Below, piece by piece: positions 61,768 through 64,000 of a DNA stretch of 64,000 nucleotides. The notes below the pieces were generated by a model. That model saw nothing but the letters and a program-made list of their open reading frames with translations. It was not told where the DNA came from and did no database searches. Source of the DNA: Candidatus Latescibacterota bacterium (GTDB lineage: Bacteria > Latescibacterota > UBA2968); the NCBI GenBank assembly GCA_965205975.1, contig OZ242195.1:4608001-4672000 (forward strand). The letters are read 5' to 3'. The first letter of the stretch is position 1. The number at the start of each line of letters is the position of its first letter. The translations under genes were made by a program, and so were the position numbers.

Positions 61768-62475
61768 TCATCCTGATCCGTATTTGTTCACGATTACCAG
61801 ATCAGCGGTCTCGGGGTGGATGAATTTTACGAGTAGCGAGACGCGATTGTCTTCGTCTAACAGGTTCCAGAATACATCGGCGGTTTGCTGTATGTCGTCG
61901 AATAATTCGACGGCATAAGGCTCCCCTTTGAATGAGGGCAGGGGATTGCCGTCGTCTGTGTATGTTGTGATACAGTGGCCCGTGCCGGGGATCGCGGTTT
62001 CATAGTCGAAGAATTGGCGCGAACAATAGCGCGCATCGCCGCCAACGGTTTTTAAGACTGATAGCCGATAGGCCTGAGAATCGCCCAGGTCGGTAAGGCC
62101 AGAGATGCGCGGTGTAAAATTGGGGATGTCGGGTTCATAAGTGCGCGTTTTCAGGGCTGATTCAAACGAGCCACCGTTTTGCAGGGTATGGACAATGGTG
62201 TCGGTTTGATCGCCATTTGTGACGATATGCGCGTTGCCCAGTACGCGGATGGGATAGTACATGGTCAGCGGATCGATGTCATGGGATTTATCTACGGTGT
62301 CGGTTTTTACCGCGTCGCCTTCTCGCACAAATACGCGGTTGCGGCTGCTGGGACTGCGTCCCATGATCCAGTAGATTTGAACCATACATGTGCCATCGGG
62401 CGTTTGTCCTATTACAATACCACGACCGGGATAGGTGGCGTTTTTTAAGCGATTCATGTCGGCATCTATGGTCAT
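61768..62475 (-). CDS. IMP cyclohydrolase-like protein (PurO-related)
   Basis: YPGRGI, IMGRSPSSRNR, TNGDQTD, EPD.PNFTPRISG. Confidence 0.8.
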   Translation of the reverse strand: MTIDADMNRLKNATYPGRGIVIGQTPDGTCMVQIYWIMGRSPSSRNRVFVREGDAVKTDTVDKSHDIDPLTMYYPIRVLGNAHIVTNGDQTDTIVHTLQNGGSFESALKTRTYEPDIPNFTPRISGLTDLGDSQAYRLSVLKTVGGDARYCSRQFFDYETAIPGTGHCITTYTDDGNPLPSFKGEPYAVELFDDIQQTADVFWNLLDEDNRVSLLVKFIHPETADLVIVNKYGSG

Positions 62476-63998
62476 TTTGCCGTCACCCCTTCTTCTGGCA
62501 ATAGGACGAATCGCGCGTAGTTTTCCAGATTGAAATATTGCTGTGTCGCTTTTTGTACGTGTTCTGCTGTGAGTTTTTTGATGACTTCGTCTTCATACGT
62601 CAACCACGCCATCAAGTCCATCTCATTCTGGTAATACGTACTCAGCGTATTGCGCCAGTAACCGTTTTCTTTTTTGTTGGTTTCCCGCCCCCGCAGATCC
62701 ATTTCGGTCACTTTGTCGATGTAGGATTGTTCGACGGGCTTTTGTTTCATGCTGTCGATTTGGGCAAAGACGAGTTGCGTCAATTCTTCCAACCGTTCGG
62801 GATCGCATCCAAAGCTGATTGAGATGCTGTATCGGCCTTCGGGCCAACGCGAGCGAGATGTGCGCACGCCAACGCCGTACGTGCCGCCCTCGTCTTCTCG
62901 GAGTACTTCCCGTAGTTTTATCTGCAAGACATCGCCCATTGAGCCATAGACATATCGCTTAAAGCGGTCGTTGTAATCAAAAGGTCCGGTGAAAATCAAA
63001 CGCGTCTGACTTTTGGGTTCTTGTCCCCGTTTCACGGTTTTTTCAATGACGCCTTTTGGTGCTCTGACGCCTGTGTCGCGCCAGGTTTCTCCGCGGTTGA
63101 GTGCGGGTAATCCGCCGAGATAGGTTTCTATTAGCGGTTTTATTTTTTCTGGTTCAAAATTGCCGACAAATACGAATGTGAAGTCACTGGCATCGGCAAA
63201 TCGGTCTTTGTAAAATGCCAGCGATTTTTGCAGGTCCATTTCCCCCAGTATTTTGTTTGAGAGCGGGCGCGATCTGATATGGTATTGAGACATGGTAACT
63301 TGTATCGTATCGGAATAAGCTGTCGTTGGTCTCATATCCCGGTTTTGCAATATGCCTCGATAGCGGTCCAGGAGTGCTTGAAATGCCAGTGAGTCTGCAC
63401 GCGGTTCCGTGAAGATGAGATAGATGAGTTGAAACATGGTTTCTATGTCTTCGGGAGACGCGCTGCCCGATACGCCTTCGCTGAGGCTGCTGATGCGGGG
63501 CGACACGCGCACGACTTTGCCAGCGAGTTTTTTATTGAGTTCAATTTGATTGAATTTGCCCAGCCCGCTTTCCATTATGGCCGATGTCGCTGTGGATGCC
63601 GCCATGTAGTTTTCGTCACTTGATAGAGAATGACCGCCCGGGCTGAAGGATGTGAACAGGATTTCGTCGTTTTTGAAGTCCGTGGGTTTCATGACGACTT
63701 TTACCCCATTGCTCAATGTCCATTCTGTGACGCCAAAGGTGTCGATTGATGTTTCGCGTACGACCTTGCCCGGCGTTGGCATATTCGCGATGAGGGGGTC
63801 GTCGGATACATCTTCTTGATATGGTTCAACCTCTTTTTGCTGGACTTCGTTGATTATGGTTAGCAGGTCAGCTTCGGAAGGTACAGGTAGGCCATCTTTT
63901 TCGGGTGCGCTGACGACAATGACGCGGTTTATGTCGGTGATCCATTCGCCGACGAGGCGGTTGATTTCTTCGACTTGAATGCCGGGGAGTAATTCACG
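62472..63998 (-). CDS. M16 (insulinase/PqqL-like) zinc peptidase, C-terminal part; 5' end beyond window
   Basis: Frame open to the edge; LSNGVKVVMKPTDFKNDEI, FTFVFVGN, LRE.EGGTY. Confidence 0.88.
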   Translation of the reverse strand, partial: RELLPGIQVEEINRLVGEWITDINRVIVVSAPEKDGLPVPSEADLLTIINEVQQKEVEPYQEDVSDDPLIANMPTPGKVVRETSIDTFGVTEWTLSNGVKVVMKPTDFKNDEILFTSFSPGGHSLSSDENYMAASTATSAIMESGLGKFNQIELNKKLAGKVVRVSPRISSLSEGVSGSASPEDIETMFQLIYLIFTEPRADSLAFQALLDRYRGILQNRDMRPTTAYSDTIQVTMSQYHIRSRPLSNKILGEMDLQKSLAFYKDRFADASDFTFVFVGNFEPEKIKPLIETYLGGLPALNRGETWRDTGVRAPKGVIEKTVKRGQEPKSQTRLIFTGPFDYNDRFKRYVYGSMGDVLQIKLREVLREDEGGTYGVGVRTSRSRWPEGRYSISISFGCDPERLEELTQLVFAQIDSMKQKPVEQSYIDKVTEMDLRGRETNKKENGYWRNTLSTYYQNEMDLMAWLTYEDEVIKKLTAEHVQKATQQYFNLENYARFVLLPEEGVTAK

Positions 63999-64000
63999 AA

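Overview
Bacterial chromosomal window, moderate GC. Dockerin/EF-hand-like C-terminal tags, a GWxTD protein, a fused glycyl-tRNA ligase, sulfatase and a PL8 lyase suggest a Latescibacterota/Gemmatimonadota-like organism; this taxonomy is inference only. The backbone is housekeeping and catabolic: an ABC importer with a PL8 lyase, rsmD, glyQS, pyrB, icd, pckA, a LarA-family gene, HAD dehalogenases and an M16 peptidase. Three accessory blocks interrupt it. (1) A CfrBI-like type II restriction-modification pair (10.6-12.9 kb). (2) A ~10 kb candidate biosynthetic cluster for a ribosomally made, possibly acylated peptide (26.6-36.4 kb). It has a sigma54 promoter with tandem enhancer-like palindromes, an atypical REC-AraC regulator, an HlyD/ABC exporter, a CPBP/Abi protein, a Gly-zipper/Cys precursor, a GNAT, an S8 protease fused to a DUF1611-like domain, a dedicated ACP and a BtrH-like protein. 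(3) A defence/toxin-antitoxin hotspot (50-59 kb) with an Rpn nuclease carrying an internal RBS, VapBC, and a RelE/HigB toxin split by an IS3 element. Two signals are missing from the ORF track: a 92-aa DUF5069-like gene with an in-frame UGA and a SECIS-like hairpin (candidate selenoprotein), and a pyrL-like leader ORF/attenuator upstream of pyrB. All family assignments are by-eye motif recognition; no searches were run.
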